Part shown: one piece after another, positions 63,501-64,000 of the stretch
How the letters are laid out: the number at the start of each line of letters is the position of its first letter
How positions within the stretch are numbered: the stretch's first letter is position 1
NCBI RefSeq assembly: GCF_006345805.1
Contig: NC_043001.1
Span: 95,356,001 to 95,420,000 of the forward strand
Reading direction: 5' to 3'
Length of the DNA stretch: 64,000 bases
DNA from: Octopus sinensis
Lineage: Eukaryota
Translations under genes and position numbers: made by a program
Notes under the pieces: generated by a model
Told to the model about the DNA's origin: nothing
The model's input: only the letters and a program-made list of their open reading frames with translations
Databases searched by the model: none

Positions 63501-63580
63501 TCAACTGACACTGCTTGCTGTGTCTGTCCACTATTTATCAGTAGTGGACCAGCCCACTTCTCACTTGAGGGTGTCCACCA
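60571..63580 (-). mobile_element. ~3 kb non-LTR-like element with decayed ORF1 (single CCHC knuckle, L1/Tx1-type) and no detectable ORF2
   Basis: ORF fragments 61937-62248, 61613-61870, 61591-61806 and 61171-61458 join into one reading with RPPTCFLCGQKGHLKARCP and a K/E-rich tail. It has a ~1.2 kb repetitive 5' region, and no RT or APE motif was seen in the ~600 bp downstream. Confidence 0.65.
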
Positions 63581-63581
63581 C

Positions 63582-64000
63582 GAAAATTATTATTAAATGC
63601 TTTATAGCCACATTGTACATCATCGGGCAATTTCTCGGGAGGTGTTAATGTTAGACAAAAAATATAAGTGGTGATAGAGAGTCACCCTGGAAAATGTTAC
63701 ATGGAATCCTTACATCTCCAGCATTGCGAAATTCATTGTCACTGTTGAAAATCAGGGTAATATGCCATAATTTCATACCTACAGACAAGAAATTCCGCAG
63801 AGTAGGTGCTATTTTATACAATTCCAATCATTTCTTAACCTAGCTTTGTGGGAGATTATCATAAGCTTTTTTAAAGTCTATCCAGGTTATCACAAATTGT
63901 TTTGTCGTTTGTGACAATCTTTCAAGATCATCTTCTTCATGAGTTGCTATTCTTTACAACCACAGGACCGACGTTTATATCCTTTTTGTTTATTAGATAT
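63582..64000 (-). pseudogene. Old R4/Dong-type RT fragment (N-terminal RT motifs), continuing off the window
   Basis: KQKGYKRRSCGCKE*...WIDFKKAYDNLPQS...IFQGDSLSPLIF...CGYKAF, with about five stops. Confidence 0.85.

Noticed and set aside
58171-64000. Uni-strand piRNA cluster, suggested by the uniform minus orientation
   Set aside because: The bias is limited to ~6 kb and is explained by nested targeting; elsewhere major TEs (25 kb RTE, 29 kb mariner, 39 kb pogo) are on the plus strand. No small-RNA data available.

Overview
This is an AT-rich, repeat-saturated animal genomic segment with no host protein-coding gene that I can support, so it is probably intergenic or deep intronic. The very dense (TA)n/(CA)n/(GATA)n microsatellites and the SINE families look like an octopod (Octopus-type) genome; that assignment is from recall, not a search. 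Almost all ORFs in the track are translated microsatellites or low-complexity repeats. Real content: (1) three tRNA-headed SINE groups, some as head-less tandem multimers; (2) short (TA)-embedded Penelope-type elements of two families carrying minimal type I hammerhead ribozyme motifs; (3) DNA transposon relics, namely a full-length D34D mariner plus a second 3' end, a DD37D (maT-type) relic, a pogo-like DDE transposase with a C-terminal PHD finger, and MITEs; (4) two decayed RTE LINE fragments; (5) a ~3.9 kb array of phased A4/T4 tracts with a ~33 bp unit built from ~11 bp subunits; (6) a nested, single-orientation non-LTR cluster at 58-64 kb, made of a young R4/Dong-type RT+RLE ORF, older R4/Dong pieces, (TAA)n tracts and a ~3 kb ORF1-only element with a duplicated structured motif at its 5' end. 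Caveats: the frequent single-base interruptions in TA tracts suggest long-read indel noise, so individual frameshifts are uncertain. All alignments and folds were done by eye, and boundaries of decayed elements are approximate.
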